Source: a virus. Taken from it: a stretch of DNA of 64,000 bases. A model generated the notes under the pieces. It saw only the letters and a list, made by a program, of their open reading frames with translations, ran no database searches and had not been told where the DNA came from. This document shows, piece after piece, positions 24,920 through 33,026 of the stretch; within the stretch, counting starts at the first letter, position 1, and each line of letters starts with the position of its first letter. The position numbers were made by a program, and so were the translations under genes. The DNA lies in IMG/VR virus record IMGVR_UViG_3300028025_003013, positions 9,487 through 73,486 of that record; one strand, given 5' to 3'.

Positions 24920-25572
24920 TGTTCAACCGCATATATCATGATATTCCAAAATTGGAACGTGCCACCGCACCTGATGGCAGTCGAGTTTATAAGACGCCAT
25001 CGGGTCGAGCCTATCCTAGCGTCACAACAGTTACGGGACAGTACAACAAAGCAGCAATCATCGAATGGAGAAACCGAGTCGGAGAAGCAGAAGCCAACCG
25101 AATCAGTTCAACAGCTGCAAAGCGTGGAACCAGAGTCCATACCCTGTGCGAATCCTATCTCAACAATGAGTCTGTTGAACCAAATATGTTTGATGCAGAG
25201 ACTTTCAAAGCAATCAAACCATACCTAGATAACATACAAGACATTCACTGTCTTGAAACTGCGTTATACTCAGACCACTTAGAAGTTGCAGGAACAGTTG
25301 ATTGCATCGCTAAATATAATGGTAAGATGTCTGTCATTGACTTTAAAACTTCCAAGAGAAGAAAGAGTCGTGATGATATTCACAATTACTTTATGCAATG
25401 CTCTGCCTATGCAGTCGCCTTTGAAGAACGCACTGGTGTTCCTGTAGGTAAGATTGTTATCATAATGGCAGTTGATGATGACGACACGATAATCTTTGAA
25501 GAGAATCGTGATGAGTGGATCAATGGGTTCATTGGACTCAGAGCGGATTACAAATCTTGGAAAGGTATTTAA
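24919..25572 (+). CDS. PD-(D/E)xK exonuclease
   Basis: YPSVTT, RGT..H, AGTVDCI, IDFKTS and Q..AY motifs. Confidence 0.9.
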   Translation: MFNRIYHDIPKLERATAPDGSRVYKTPSGRAYPSVTTVTGQYNKAAIIEWRNRVGEAEANRISSTAAKRGTRVHTLCESYLNNESVEPNMFDAETFKAIKPYLDNIQDIHCLETALYSDHLEVAGTVDCIAKYNGKMSVIDFKTSKRRKSRDDIHNYFMQCSAYAVAFEERTGVPVGKIVIIMAVDDDDTIIFEENRDEWINGFIGLRADYKSWKGI

Positions 25573-25706
25573 TGAACGACAAGATGAAGATATGCATAGT
25601 GTGTGTAGAGTACAATGCAGAAAAGAAAGTCTGTAACAAATGTGGATGCTACATGCCGTTAAAGAGTACGATTCCCTTTGCCAAGTGTCCACTGGGTAAA
25701 TGGTAA
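25572..25706 (+). CDS. small Cys-rich protein
   Basis: C..C...C..CGC.M..K......CP.GKW. Confidence 0.75.
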   Translation: MNDKMKICIVCVEYNAEKKVCNKCGCYMPLKSTIPFAKCPLGKW

Positions 25707-25747
25707 TCATGGAACGATTGACTTAAATTTAAAAATAGGGTAAACTT

Positions 25748-25951
25748 ATGTTATATCTTGATTACACCTTTGATCTAAATGATAACATGATCGGGTTCGA
25801 CAAGGAATTAAAACTCCATGGGCATGTTAATGGAAACAGTTGGGGCAATTTGCCTGAGAGTTGGAAAGAGGGAGATCTTTGGAAACTCATGCTCGATGCC
25901 AACGGAAAAGTTTGTATGATGAGGATTAAGGATAGTGCAAGTAACATTTAA
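25748..25951 (+). CDS. hypothetical protein
   Basis: 67-aa ORF. Confidence 0.65.
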   Translation: MLYLDYTFDLNDNMIGFDKELKLHGHVNGNSWGNLPESWKEGDLWKLMLDANGKVCMMRIKDSASNI

Positions 25952-26084
25952 ATTGGTTGAGTACAGAGATGCTGGTATGATGACATACACATACTTCTGG
26001 ACATTGAACAGTAAACATGTTGGACCATATTTTAATAGTGAGAGCGAAGCAAAAGATTGGCTGAACGAAAGATTGGCCATTTGA
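25935..26084 (+). CDS. small hypothetical protein
   Basis: GTG start; TYFW...KHVGPYF.SE.EA..W resembles 6720-6890. Confidence 0.5.
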   Translation: MQVTFKLVEYRDAGMMTYTYFWTLNSKHVGPYFNSESEAKDWLNERLAI

Positions 26085-26405
26085 TATTGCTGTATGAAGC
26101 AAAGAGAAAAGTGTCTTGGACGAGGGTTCGATTCCCTCCACCTCCACCAAAAGTATTCTAAACTGGACGCAGGATCTAAGAAGGTTAAAAGTGGGTTGAT
26201 CACCACAAGTAAGCTGGAGATCGAGAATGCTTTTGATGGGGGTGACTAGGTTTCGACAGGGCAACAAGTAAATGCGTGGACAGCACGACACAGATAGTCG
26301 TAAAAAGTAAAACAACGTAAACGCAAACGACGAACAGTTCGCATTAGCAGCCTAAACACTGCTTAGGGTTTCGGTAGCTTTCCTCGTAACAGAATAAGCT
26401 ACCAC
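26085..26405 (+). ncRNA. ssrA: two-piece (circularly permuted) tmRNA
   Basis: The 3' tRNA-like half (GAGGGTTCGATTCCCTC-CACCTCC-ACCA, ends 26149) precedes the 5' half (GGGGGTGA..GGTTTCGAC, from 26238); G3-U70; tag ANDEQFALAA* at 26323-26355; outer ends approximate. Confidence 0.92.
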
Positions 26406-26557
26406 AAATTTGAGAGTTGGTAGGTCTCTTTAAAACCTATCGTTAGTTAGTCTTTGCTAATCAACAGCAACCGATACCTTAGTATCTTGTACTGTAATGA
26501 TGGTGACGAAGCTGATGAATTTGTTAGTTTAACTTTTTAATTTTCTAAGGAAATGAT

Positions 26558-26752
26558 ATGAAAACATTGATCGCTACAATTTTGTCCGCATTCGCTTTGA
26601 CATCTTTCGCTGCAGAGCCAGCTAAAGCCACAGCACCTGCACCAGCCAAGGCAACAGCACCAGCTGTAGCTACACCTGCGCCAGCACCTGCTAAGGCAGA
26701 GGCTAAGAAAGAAGAGAAGAAGGTAGAAAAGAAAGCCGAAGCTAAGAAGTAA
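26558..26752 (+). CDS. small secreted Ala/Pro/Lys-rich protein
   Basis: Signal peptide ending SFA/AEPAKA; PAKATAPA repeats. Confidence 0.85.
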   Translation: MKTLIATILSAFALTSFAAEPAKATAPAPAKATAPAVATPAPAPAKAEAKKEEKKVEKKAEAKK

Positions 26753-26763
26753 TTAGTTTTGCT

Positions 26764-26794
26764 GGGTGGGGATGAAAGTCTCCACCCATTTATT
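26764..26794 (+). terminator. hairpin, possible terminator
   Basis: TGGGTGGGGAT-GAAA-GTCTCCACCCA followed by TTTATT. Confidence 0.55.
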
Positions 26795-26807
26795 CTAAGG
26801 AAAACAA

Positions 26808-27023
26808 ATGAAACATTTAATCGCTACACTCTTAATGGCATTTACTGCTAGCACCTTTGCCGCAGAACCAGCCAAAGCCCCACAACAACCTGCTGGTGCC
26901 AAAGAGCGCAAGCAGGTTACCCCAGATTTTAGCAAAAAGAAAGAAAAGGCTCCAGCCAAGAAGCCAACTTCTAAGCCAGTTCCTGCGCCAAAGAAAAAGC
27001 CAGCCACTGAGCCAGCGAAGTAA
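26808..27023 (+). CDS. small secreted Ala/Pro/Lys-rich protein (paralogue)
   Basis: Signal peptide ending TFA/AEPAKA; same TTCTAAGGAAA RBS as the previous gene. Confidence 0.85.
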   Translation: MKHLIATLLMAFTASTFAAEPAKAPQQPAGAKERKQVTPDFSKKKEKAPAKKPTSKPVPAPKKKPATEPAK

Positions 27024-27100
27024 AAATGCCTAAATAATAGACAGTGGGTTGAAGGATCCCAATAAAACCTTCATTACACACAACACAAAAGGAGTATTTT

Positions 27101-27373
27101 ATGTCAAATATGACACCCTTCGAGATTCGCCTCGAACTTTTAAAAATGGCGAAAGACATGCTTTCCGAGGACTATCATGGAAAGCGTGAAGTAATTAGCA
27201 ACGACTGGCATATGAAAGTCGAATCTGCTAAACTAAATGGTGGCGTGATTCCTGATCATCCAGGATTCCCAGTCTACCCTGCTGAAACCGATATCATTGC
27301 GAAAGCACAGATACTCAATGGTTTCGTCAGCAATATCCCACTAGAAATTAAGACTAGCAAAAAGTCCACCTGA
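27101..27373 (+). CDS. conserved hypothetical T4-like protein
   Basis: PFEIRLELLKMAKDML...II.KA..L..FVS; AGGAG SD; CTAAATA upstream. Confidence 0.85.
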   Translation: MSNMTPFEIRLELLKMAKDMLSEDYHGKREVISNDWHMKVESAKLNGGVIPDHPGFPVYPAETDIIAKAQILNGFVSNIPLEIKTSKKST

Positions 27374-27423
27374 TAGGGATCGAGGGTGTGCATCCGCACA
27401 CCTTCCTTAAACTAAGAAAGGAG

Positions 27424-28098
27424 ATGACTTTGCCTAAAGCAAAATTCCAAATCATCGCAACATTTATAGTAGTCCTACTGACTGCTATAGCAGTAACAAT
27501 AGATCAGAGATCACTACTCCCGATCAAAGCAACATTCAAACAGCTAACACCTACAGCGCAAAAAGAAGTATTGTGTTTGGCTGATAACATCCTGTTCGAA
27601 GCAGGACATGAACCAAAAGATGGTCAAATGGCAGTTGCCGTTGTCACACTCAATCGCCTCAAGTCAGGCAACTTTGCAGATTCAATCTGTGGTGTGGTAA
27701 AACAAAAGACTGGCAACGTCTGTCAGTTCTCATGGTGGTGCGAAGACAAACCGAGAATGACTTCCATTACAAGAAACTTGACTAGTGCTCAACAGTCGGT
27801 GTATAATTCTATATTAGACATGGCAGTGTACGCATACCTTAACTCTGAAATATTAAGAGACAATACAAAGGGTGCTACCTACTACCATGCTGATTACGTT
27901 AATCCTAACTGGAAACGTCTAGAGAAAACAGTGCAAATTGGAAGACATATATTTTATAAGAATGGAGAAGTTGATGTCAAATATGATGAAAAAGCTAAAC
28001 CTAGCACTGGAACAGGACGATTTAAGCCACTCGTATTTTCTACTAATGGAAGAGATTACAATGGCTACCTGCAAGCAAACTATCGAATGGATTTTTGA
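27424..28098 (+). CDS. cell-wall hydrolase SleB (Hydrolase_2)
   Basis: N-terminal TM segment; CLA.NI.FEA..E...AVA.V.LNR, CQFSW, GATYYHADYV.P.W, IGRHIFY. Confidence 0.9.
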   Translation: MTLPKAKFQIIATFIVVLLTAIAVTIDQRSLLPIKATFKQLTPTAQKEVLCLADNILFEAGHEPKDGQMAVAVVTLNRLKSGNFADSICGVVKQKTGNVCQFSWWCEDKPRMTSITRNLTSAQQSVYNSILDMAVYAYLNSEILRDNTKGATYYHADYVNPNWKRLEKTVQIGRHIFYKNGEVDVKYDEKAKPSTGTGRFKPLVFSTNGRDYNGYLQANYRMDF

Positions 28099-28540
28099 TT
28101 CGAACTTTGCTGAGGAACGACCAGAAGTTCTAAACTTGATTGTTTGTTCTCCTGGTGGTGATTTGAATGCTGCGTTTGCAGTAATTGATACAATGCGTGG
28201 TAGTAAGATTCCAGTCCATACGATCGGACTCGGACAGATTGCTTCCGCTGGATTGTTAATCTTTATTAGTGGTGTCAAAGGTAATCGTGTTCTTACACCG
28301 AACACTTCTATCTTGTCTCACCAATATACATGGGGTGCTTTTGGTAAAGAACATGAACTGTTTGCTACCGTAAAGGAGTTTGATCTTACAACCAAACGAC
28401 TAATTGCACATTACAAAAAATGTACTGGGATGAACGAAGCCCAGATCCGTGAAGTTCTTCTGCCACCGCATGATGTATGGCTTGATGCGCAGGAGTCTAA
28501 GAAACTTGGTCTTTGCGACTTAGTGAAAGATCTTAAATAG
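27974..28540 (+). CDS. clpP: ClpP-family protease
   Basis: CSPGG, GQIASAG (catalytic Ser), ILSHQ (His), D.WL...E...GL.D; start uncertain (27974 or 27983). Confidence 0.88.
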   Translation: MSNMMKKLNLALEQDDLSHSYFLLMEEITMATCKQTIEWIFDSNFAEERPEVLNLIVCSPGGDLNAAFAVIDTMRGSKIPVHTIGLGQIASAGLLIFISGVKGNRVLTPNTSILSHQYTWGAFGKEHELFATVKEFDLTTKRLIAHYKKCTGMNEAQIREVLLPPHDVWLDAQESKKLGLCDLVKDLK

Positions 28541-28549
28541 GAGAAAACT

Positions 28550-28795
28550 TTGAATCATGAAAAACTCACACTCATTATCTGCACAACGATTGTTGTACTC
28601 AGTGCTATCTTTGGTTGCACCTACTACTACACAAATCAATCTAAAATTATGGCAGACACGATTGCAGCTGCTTCAGCGAAAGGTGTTGACCCACTAGCAG
28701 TACGCTGTTCCTTTGCGTCAAACCAAGACACAATCTGCTTGGTCTATGCGTCAACCCTTCATTCTGGCTCGCCCAGCCCAGCCTATAAAAAGTAA
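28550..28795 (+). CDS. membrane-anchored hypothetical protein
   Basis: TM segment; KG.DPL.VRC motif; AGGAG SD with TTG start. Confidence 0.7.
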   Translation: MNHEKLTLIICTTIVVLSAIFGCTYYYTNQSKIMADTIAAASAKGVDPLAVRCSFASNQDTICLVYASTLHSGSPSPAYKK

Positions 28796-28815
28796 TACTT
28801 TTAGGTTACCACAGG

Positions 28816-28842
28816 AAATAACCCTACCGAGTGTAGGGTTTT
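28816..28842 (+). repeat. 27-bp exact repeat of 8471-8497 (stem-loop)
   Basis: AAATAACCCTACCGAGTGTAGGGTTTT. Confidence 0.9.
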
Positions 28843-29035
28843 CCGCATTAGGGCTAGGATTCCCCTGAAAATAACCCCAAAAAGACCCTTTTAGGACTGC
28901 TTAGATCGCCCTAGGATCGCTTCAGAGGGTTTCGGGGGAAGGTTACCCACCCCTAAGTCCGAAAAGGGCTAAAAACACCCCAAAAAGCGTTGCGAAAAAG
29001 CAACGAAAATACCTTTCCAAACTTGCAGAAAACAC

Positions 29036-29064
29036 TTGACGGAAATTCAGAATACAGGCATAAT
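29036..29064 (+). promoter_or_regulatory. sigma70 early promoter (copy of the 8509 cassette)
   Basis: TTGACG-17-CATAAT with a near-identical 5'UTR. Confidence 0.85.
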
Positions 29065-29094
29065 TACTTTATAGTGATTAGAAAAGGAAACGAA

Positions 29095-29337
29095 ATGACT
29101 GAATTTGAAAAAAACTGCTACGGTATGACCGAAGCCCAAATCCGTGAAGAATACATGAACGGCATTACTGCCAAGTTTTCTGGTCTGGAAATGGTTGCGA
29201 TGAGTGTGTTGTCTGATGCGCAAGAATTGATGACCTTTGGTCATGACCAAGCAACCGATCAGGCTCGCAAAAACATCAACATCGCAAAGTTCATTCTGTC
29301 AGAAATGATGGAAGCCAAAATGTCTGCAACAGTTTAA
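29095..29337 (+). CDS. hypothetical early protein
   Basis: MTEFEKNCYGM...; start follows the cassette RBS. Confidence 0.8.
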   Translation: MTEFEKNCYGMTEAQIREEYMNGITAKFSGLEMVAMSVLSDAQELMTFGHDQATDQARKNINIAKFILSEMMEAKMSATV

Positions 29338-29346
29338 GGGGAAATT

Positions 29347-29550
29347 ATGAGTCAGGTATTGTACAAATCAAAAGCCGAAATGCGTGTCGAGGGTGAGAAG
29401 GCTCTCAAGAAATTCTTGAAGTCTGGTGGTGTCGTTGAGATTGTCAAAGCCAAACGTGCACCCAAGCAAAAAATGCGTGCCAAGAACAGCAAGGGTTTTC
29501 TTGGTAGCACTGCTCCCTCTGGCGTAACCTCTTCTAACTTTTGGAGATAA
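29347..29550 (+). CDS. small basic protein
   Basis: Strong SD. Confidence 0.75.
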   Translation: MSQVLYKSKAEMRVEGEKALKKFLKSGGVVEIVKAKRAPKQKMRAKNSKGFLGSTAPSGVTSSNFWR

Positions 29551-29551
29551 T

Positions 29552-29920
29552 ATGAAGATCGTAATCACAACTCAGTTTCGCGAAAACTATGGTGCTCATG
29601 ATTGGGATGGCACAGGTGAGTGCCCTCAGTACTGGAAGTTTAAGGGTGGTTCTGAGTACATCATCGACAACATCCAAGAGCATGTCAAGATGAATGACTT
29701 CTTTGGCAAGAAGTGCGAGATGATCGTTGACGGAATCCGTGCCAAGATTGAGCACAAGAGTGACTACGCAGAAGAGTACATTCTTGGCTGGACGATCGAA
29801 GAGGACAGCTACATGTCTGAGTTCGAAAGATCGCAGTTGGAGTATGATGGTGTTATCACATACAAAGAGCCACGTTTAGATATCGATGGCAACCTTGTGA
29901 AAATCTTGCAAGCTGCTTGA
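29552..29920 (+). CDS. hypothetical phage protein
   Basis: TQ..ENYGAHDWDG.GECPQYWKFKGG motif. Confidence 0.85.
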   Translation: MKIVITTQFRENYGAHDWDGTGECPQYWKFKGGSEYIIDNIQEHVKMNDFFGKKCEMIVDGIRAKIEHKSDYAEEYILGWTIEEDSYMSEFERSQLEYDGVITYKEPRLDIDGNLVKILQAA

Positions 29921-29951
29921 CTTTAAATCATTAATAGGGTATAATTACATT

Positions 29952-30104
29952 ATGGAAATTACAATCAGAAAAGTCGCCAATGGTTACATTGTGCGCACAG
30001 AGGGTGAAGACCCTGTCGAGGGTTTCGTGACGAAGGAATTTATCTTCACGAGAAAATCGCAGGTCATTAAATTCTTTAGAGAAACTTTCTCAGCGGGAGA
30101 GTAA
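29952..30104 (+). CDS. small hypothetical protein (leaderless)
   Basis: MEITIRKVANGYIV...; TTGACT-17-TATAAT at 29917-29945. Confidence 0.7.
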   Translation: MEITIRKVANGYIVRTEGEDPVEGFVTKEFIFTRKSQVIKFFRETFSAGE

Positions 30105-30106
30105 AC

Positions 30107-30442
30107 ATGGGTATGATATTTGTTCGTGACAAATCTTCCAAGAAGCGTAAGCCCACAAAGGCTCAACGTGAATTGAAAGAGCAGTGGGAAGCCATGCTGA
30201 AGAAGTACGAAACAAAACCTGTATCGGGTAGAGCAGTTGCATTGCCAAAACCCAAGGCATACGTGCGGGAAACTGCATATCATCCTAGTTTGAATAGTGG
30301 TCATCATGACACCAGTGCCAAACCTGCAAAGGTTTACACAGGAACTAAGATGCTTGGTATTGGTACAATGCACAAGTCAAACTCGGTGCCAATCTTCAGT
30401 AATGAGGAAGCAGTAGAAATCGCAACGATGCGGAGGGGTTAA
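30107..30442 (+). CDS. conserved hypothetical T4-like protein
   Basis: YTG...GI.TMHKSN.VP motif. Confidence 0.85.
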   Translation: MGMIFVRDKSSKKRKPTKAQRELKEQWEAMLKKYETKPVSGRAVALPKPKAYVRETAYHPSLNSGHHDTSAKPAKVYTGTKMLGIGTMHKSNSVPIFSNEEAVEIATMRRG

Positions 30443-30566
30443 TGTTCTTTAACCTTATGGCTGCAGCACTTTTAGTTCTTGCTGTGTTGTTGTTGATTCT
30501 TGGTAATGTTAGCTGGGGTTTGTGTTGCCTAGCTGGATTCTTTTTGATTAAAATTTGGAGTTGATT

Positions 30567-30848
30567 ATGGAACTTTCTATTACAGAAATGCGTGACAAAG
30601 TATCACTGTGCGTTGTTGATCAAGACATGGACGCACTGGCAAAGATACATAACTTTCTTTTGACCCAGTCCAAGATCATGGACAAGTGGTTCGACAAGTA
30701 TCTCGACATGTTCGAGAAGAAAATGAAACCTGATGAACCGAATACCAACATTTGGAAAATGTATCACAACAAGTCCAATGAGTATTCAGAACTTCAATCA
30801 CTAATTAGGACTACAGATGCTTACCTCAGAAAATACAAATCAGTTTAG
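30567..30848 (+). CDS. hypothetical protein
   Basis: GGAG SD. Confidence 0.7.
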   Translation: MELSITEMRDKVSLCVVDQDMDALAKIHNFLLTQSKIMDKWFDKYLDMFEKKMKPDEPNTNIWKMYHNKSNEYSELQSLIRTTDAYLRKYKSV

Positions 30849-31056
30849 TACTGCCTCATCGTTCTCTCTGTTCATTGAGAAACGAGCCAGAGAAAAACGC
30901 ATGCCGTATATGGATGCTGTGCTTGAGTATTGCGCAGAGAACTTTATTGATCCGCAGGACATCGCTTCACTGATTAACAAATCCCTCAAGGATAAGATTC
31001 AGTTGGAGATGATTAACGCAAACATGCTACCTAAACAGGCACAGCTGGATGTTTAA
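30817..31056 (+). CDS. gp33: late-transcription coactivator gp33
   Basis: FS..IE......YMDA...C......I..LI.K.LK.KI..E; gene order gp33-gp59-gp32. Confidence 0.85.
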   Translation: MLTSENTNQFSTASSFSLFIEKRAREKRMPYMDAVLEYCAENFIDPQDIASLINKSLKDKIQLEMINANMLPKQAQLDV

Positions 31057-31240
31057 ATACACTTGGTTAGCCGTACCAGTTTTAATCTTTTTTATTATGA
31101 TGGGTGCGATTGTTTTTATGGGAGAGCAGGCAGACAAGAACACCATCAGGTATGATTGTCGTCAGTTGATTGGTGGTTGGCATCCCGATGTTCCACCTGA
31201 GGTAATTGAAGAATGTAGGAAACGAAGTGGACGGATTTAA
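31049..31240 (+). CDS. small membrane-anchored protein
   Basis: TM segment plus YDC....PD.P....ECRK. Confidence 0.7.
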   Translation: MFKYTWLAVPVLIFFIMMGAIVFMGEQADKNTIRYDCRQLIGGWHPDVPPEVIEECRKRSGRI

Positions 31241-31832
31241 TGTATACAAATACTACATGGCTGTTAAGTTGCACTTTACCACTGATGGCTATGACGTATT
31301 TGAAACTAATGGACATGTGAAAGGATCACGAGATGTATTTTCTAGCCGTAATGATAGGTTCATTTTTGAGAAACTTGGAAGAAAGTTTGATAAACCTTTT
31401 GATGTCATACAGTATTTTGTTGCGAACTTTGCTTATGGTAACGATGCCGTGGTATACTGCGATGCTGAGTCAGATGCTAATCTCGTAACATGGCAACGAA
31501 GAAAACAATCCCTAACACAAACATTTAAAAACGACATTGACGCATTATTGCTACATGTTGAAAAGAACAAACACACACATGACAGAGTCTTCAAATTCGT
31601 ACAGGGTGACCACCCAGAACTACTCAAGTTGTTTCTTGGAAGTCACATCAGTATTGAAACTATGGTTATCCTCGATTCATTCGAGAACTATCTTTCTGAT
31701 TGGAAGTCAAATACAAACTTGCTTTGGGAAGAAGAATATCGTAGAATCATTAAGTGTAAGAGATTCATTAAGTTTGACTCTTCCAAGCTAATGACAACCT
31801 ATCAGGAACTAAGTGAGGGATTTACATTCTGA
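31227..31832 (+). CDS. gp59: helicase loader gp59
   Basis: Y..Y.A.KLHF...YD...R.D...F.KL, F.AN, IS.ET..ILD. Confidence 0.9.
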   Translation: MDGFNVYKYYMAVKLHFTTDGYDVFETNGHVKGSRDVFSSRNDRFIFEKLGRKFDKPFDVIQYFVANFAYGNDAVVYCDAESDANLVTWQRRKQSLTQTFKNDIDALLLHVEKNKHTHDRVFKFVQGDHPELLKLFLGSHISIETMVILDSFENYLSDWKSNTNLLWEEEYRRIIKCKRFIKFDSSKLMTTYQELSEGFTF

Positions 31833-31836
31833 TATC

Positions 31837-32037
31837 ATGGGCAATAGTAAACGTAATTTCAGTCATGAGTACGATGACGAAGAGCGCAATAACAAGCGCA
31901 AGAAGCACCCGAAACATTCACCAAATGTCAAGGGACAAGGTATGAGAACGCTAAATAGTTATGTTGAGGAAGAAGACTTCGATCTAGAAGACGACGACCA
32001 AGACGAAACAAAGATACGTTTTTATACAACACATTAA
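31837..32037 (+). CDS. hypothetical protein
   Basis: 66 aa between gp59 and gp32. Confidence 0.6.
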   Translation: MGNSKRNFSHEYDDEERNNKRKKHPKHSPNVKGQGMRTLNSYVEEEDFDLEDDDQDETKIRFYTTH

Positions 32038-32064
32038 TATACTTTTTATACAAGGAAACATACG

Positions 32065-32982
32065 ATGGACATTCAAGCACTCCGCAACATGCGTAAAACA
32101 GACTTCAGCAAAATCTCTGCTGAGTTTGACAAGATTGCCAACCCAGAGGCTGGTGGCAAAAAATCTTATCAAGACGATCGCTTCTGGAAACTAGAAGCCG
32201 ACAAAGCAGGCAACGCAACTGCTGTAATCCGATTCCTACCACGTGTTGAAGGCGATGAACTCCCATGGGTTCGTATCTTCAATCATGCTTTCCAGGGTCC
32301 AACTGGCAAGTGGTATATCGAAAACTCTCTCACCACACTCAACGAAAAAGATCCTGTTGGAGAACTCAACTCCAAACTGTGGAACTCTGGCTCTGAGGAA
32401 AACAAGAAAGTCGCACAAAAGCAAAAGCGTAAGTTATCTTACATTGCCAACGTGTTGATCATCTCTGATCCTAAGCATCCTGAGAACGAAGGACAGGTTC
32501 GTTTGTATAAGTTTGGTAAAAAGATCTTTGACAAGATCATGGAAAAGGCTAATCCTACCTTTGAGGATGAAAAGCCAGTTATCGTATTTGATCTTTGGGA
32601 AGGTGCAGACTTTAAACTGCGTCAACGTAAAGTCGATGGTTACGCTAACTATGACCAGTCTACCTTTATGGAACCATCCGCATTGTTCGGTGGCGATGAA
32701 GACAAACTGTTGAAGGTTGTTAACTCACAGGTTAAACTGGTTGAGTTTACTGATCGTAAGAACTTCAAGACCTTTGAAGAACTCGCTCGCAAGTTGAACG
32801 ATGTTCTTGATGGTGGTTCTACTCCTGTTGCTTCTGCTGCTAATATGGCTGAAGATGAGAACTACACACCACCAGTGCGTACACCTGCGCCAGCTGCAAA
32901 GCCAGTAAGTGTAGCAAAGGTTAGTGCTGGAGATGATGAAGACGTAATGTCTTATTTCCAGAAGATTGCTGACGAAGCATAA
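32065..32982 (+). CDS. gp32: single-stranded DNA-binding protein gp32
   Basis: D.RFWK...DKAGN...IRFLP, WYIENSLTT, FGKKIFDKI, GYANYD.S.F; acidic tail. Confidence 0.97.
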   Translation: MDIQALRNMRKTDFSKISAEFDKIANPEAGGKKSYQDDRFWKLEADKAGNATAVIRFLPRVEGDELPWVRIFNHAFQGPTGKWYIENSLTTLNEKDPVGELNSKLWNSGSEENKKVAQKQKRKLSYIANVLIISDPKHPENEGQVRLYKFGKKIFDKIMEKANPTFEDEKPVIVFDLWEGADFKLRQRKVDGYANYDQSTFMEPSALFGGDEDKLLKVVNSQVKLVEFTDRKNFKTFEELARKLNDVLDGGSTPVASAANMAEDENYTPPVRTPAPAAKPVSVAKVSAGDDEDVMSYFQKIADEA

Positions 32983-32998
32983 TCGCTTCTAGCATTGA

Positions 32999-33026
32999 GA
33001 AAGCCACCTTCGGGTGGCTTTTTTGT
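32999..33026. terminator. intrinsic terminator between convergent genes
   Basis: AAGCCACC-TTCG-GGTGGCTT-TTTT. Confidence 0.9.

Noticed and set aside
24919-25572. Exonuclease as Cas4 or part of a CRISPR system
   Set aside because: It lacks the four-Cys Fe-S pattern, no cas genes or array are present, and it is a common gene next to phoH in T4-like phages.
25718-25750. A fifth leaderless promoter before ORF 25748
   Set aside because: TTGACT-17-TAAACT would place +1 downstream of the ATG, so the spacing does not match the other four cases.
25808-26315. Minus-strand ORFs 25808-26206 and 25926-26315
   Set aside because: They are antisense to the tmRNA; 'WRWRESNPRP' is the typical translation of a reverse-complemented T-arm.
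28990-29094. Upstream extension of ORF 28990-29337
   Set aside because: It spans the promoter cassette; the real start is ATG 29095 after the duplicated RBS.
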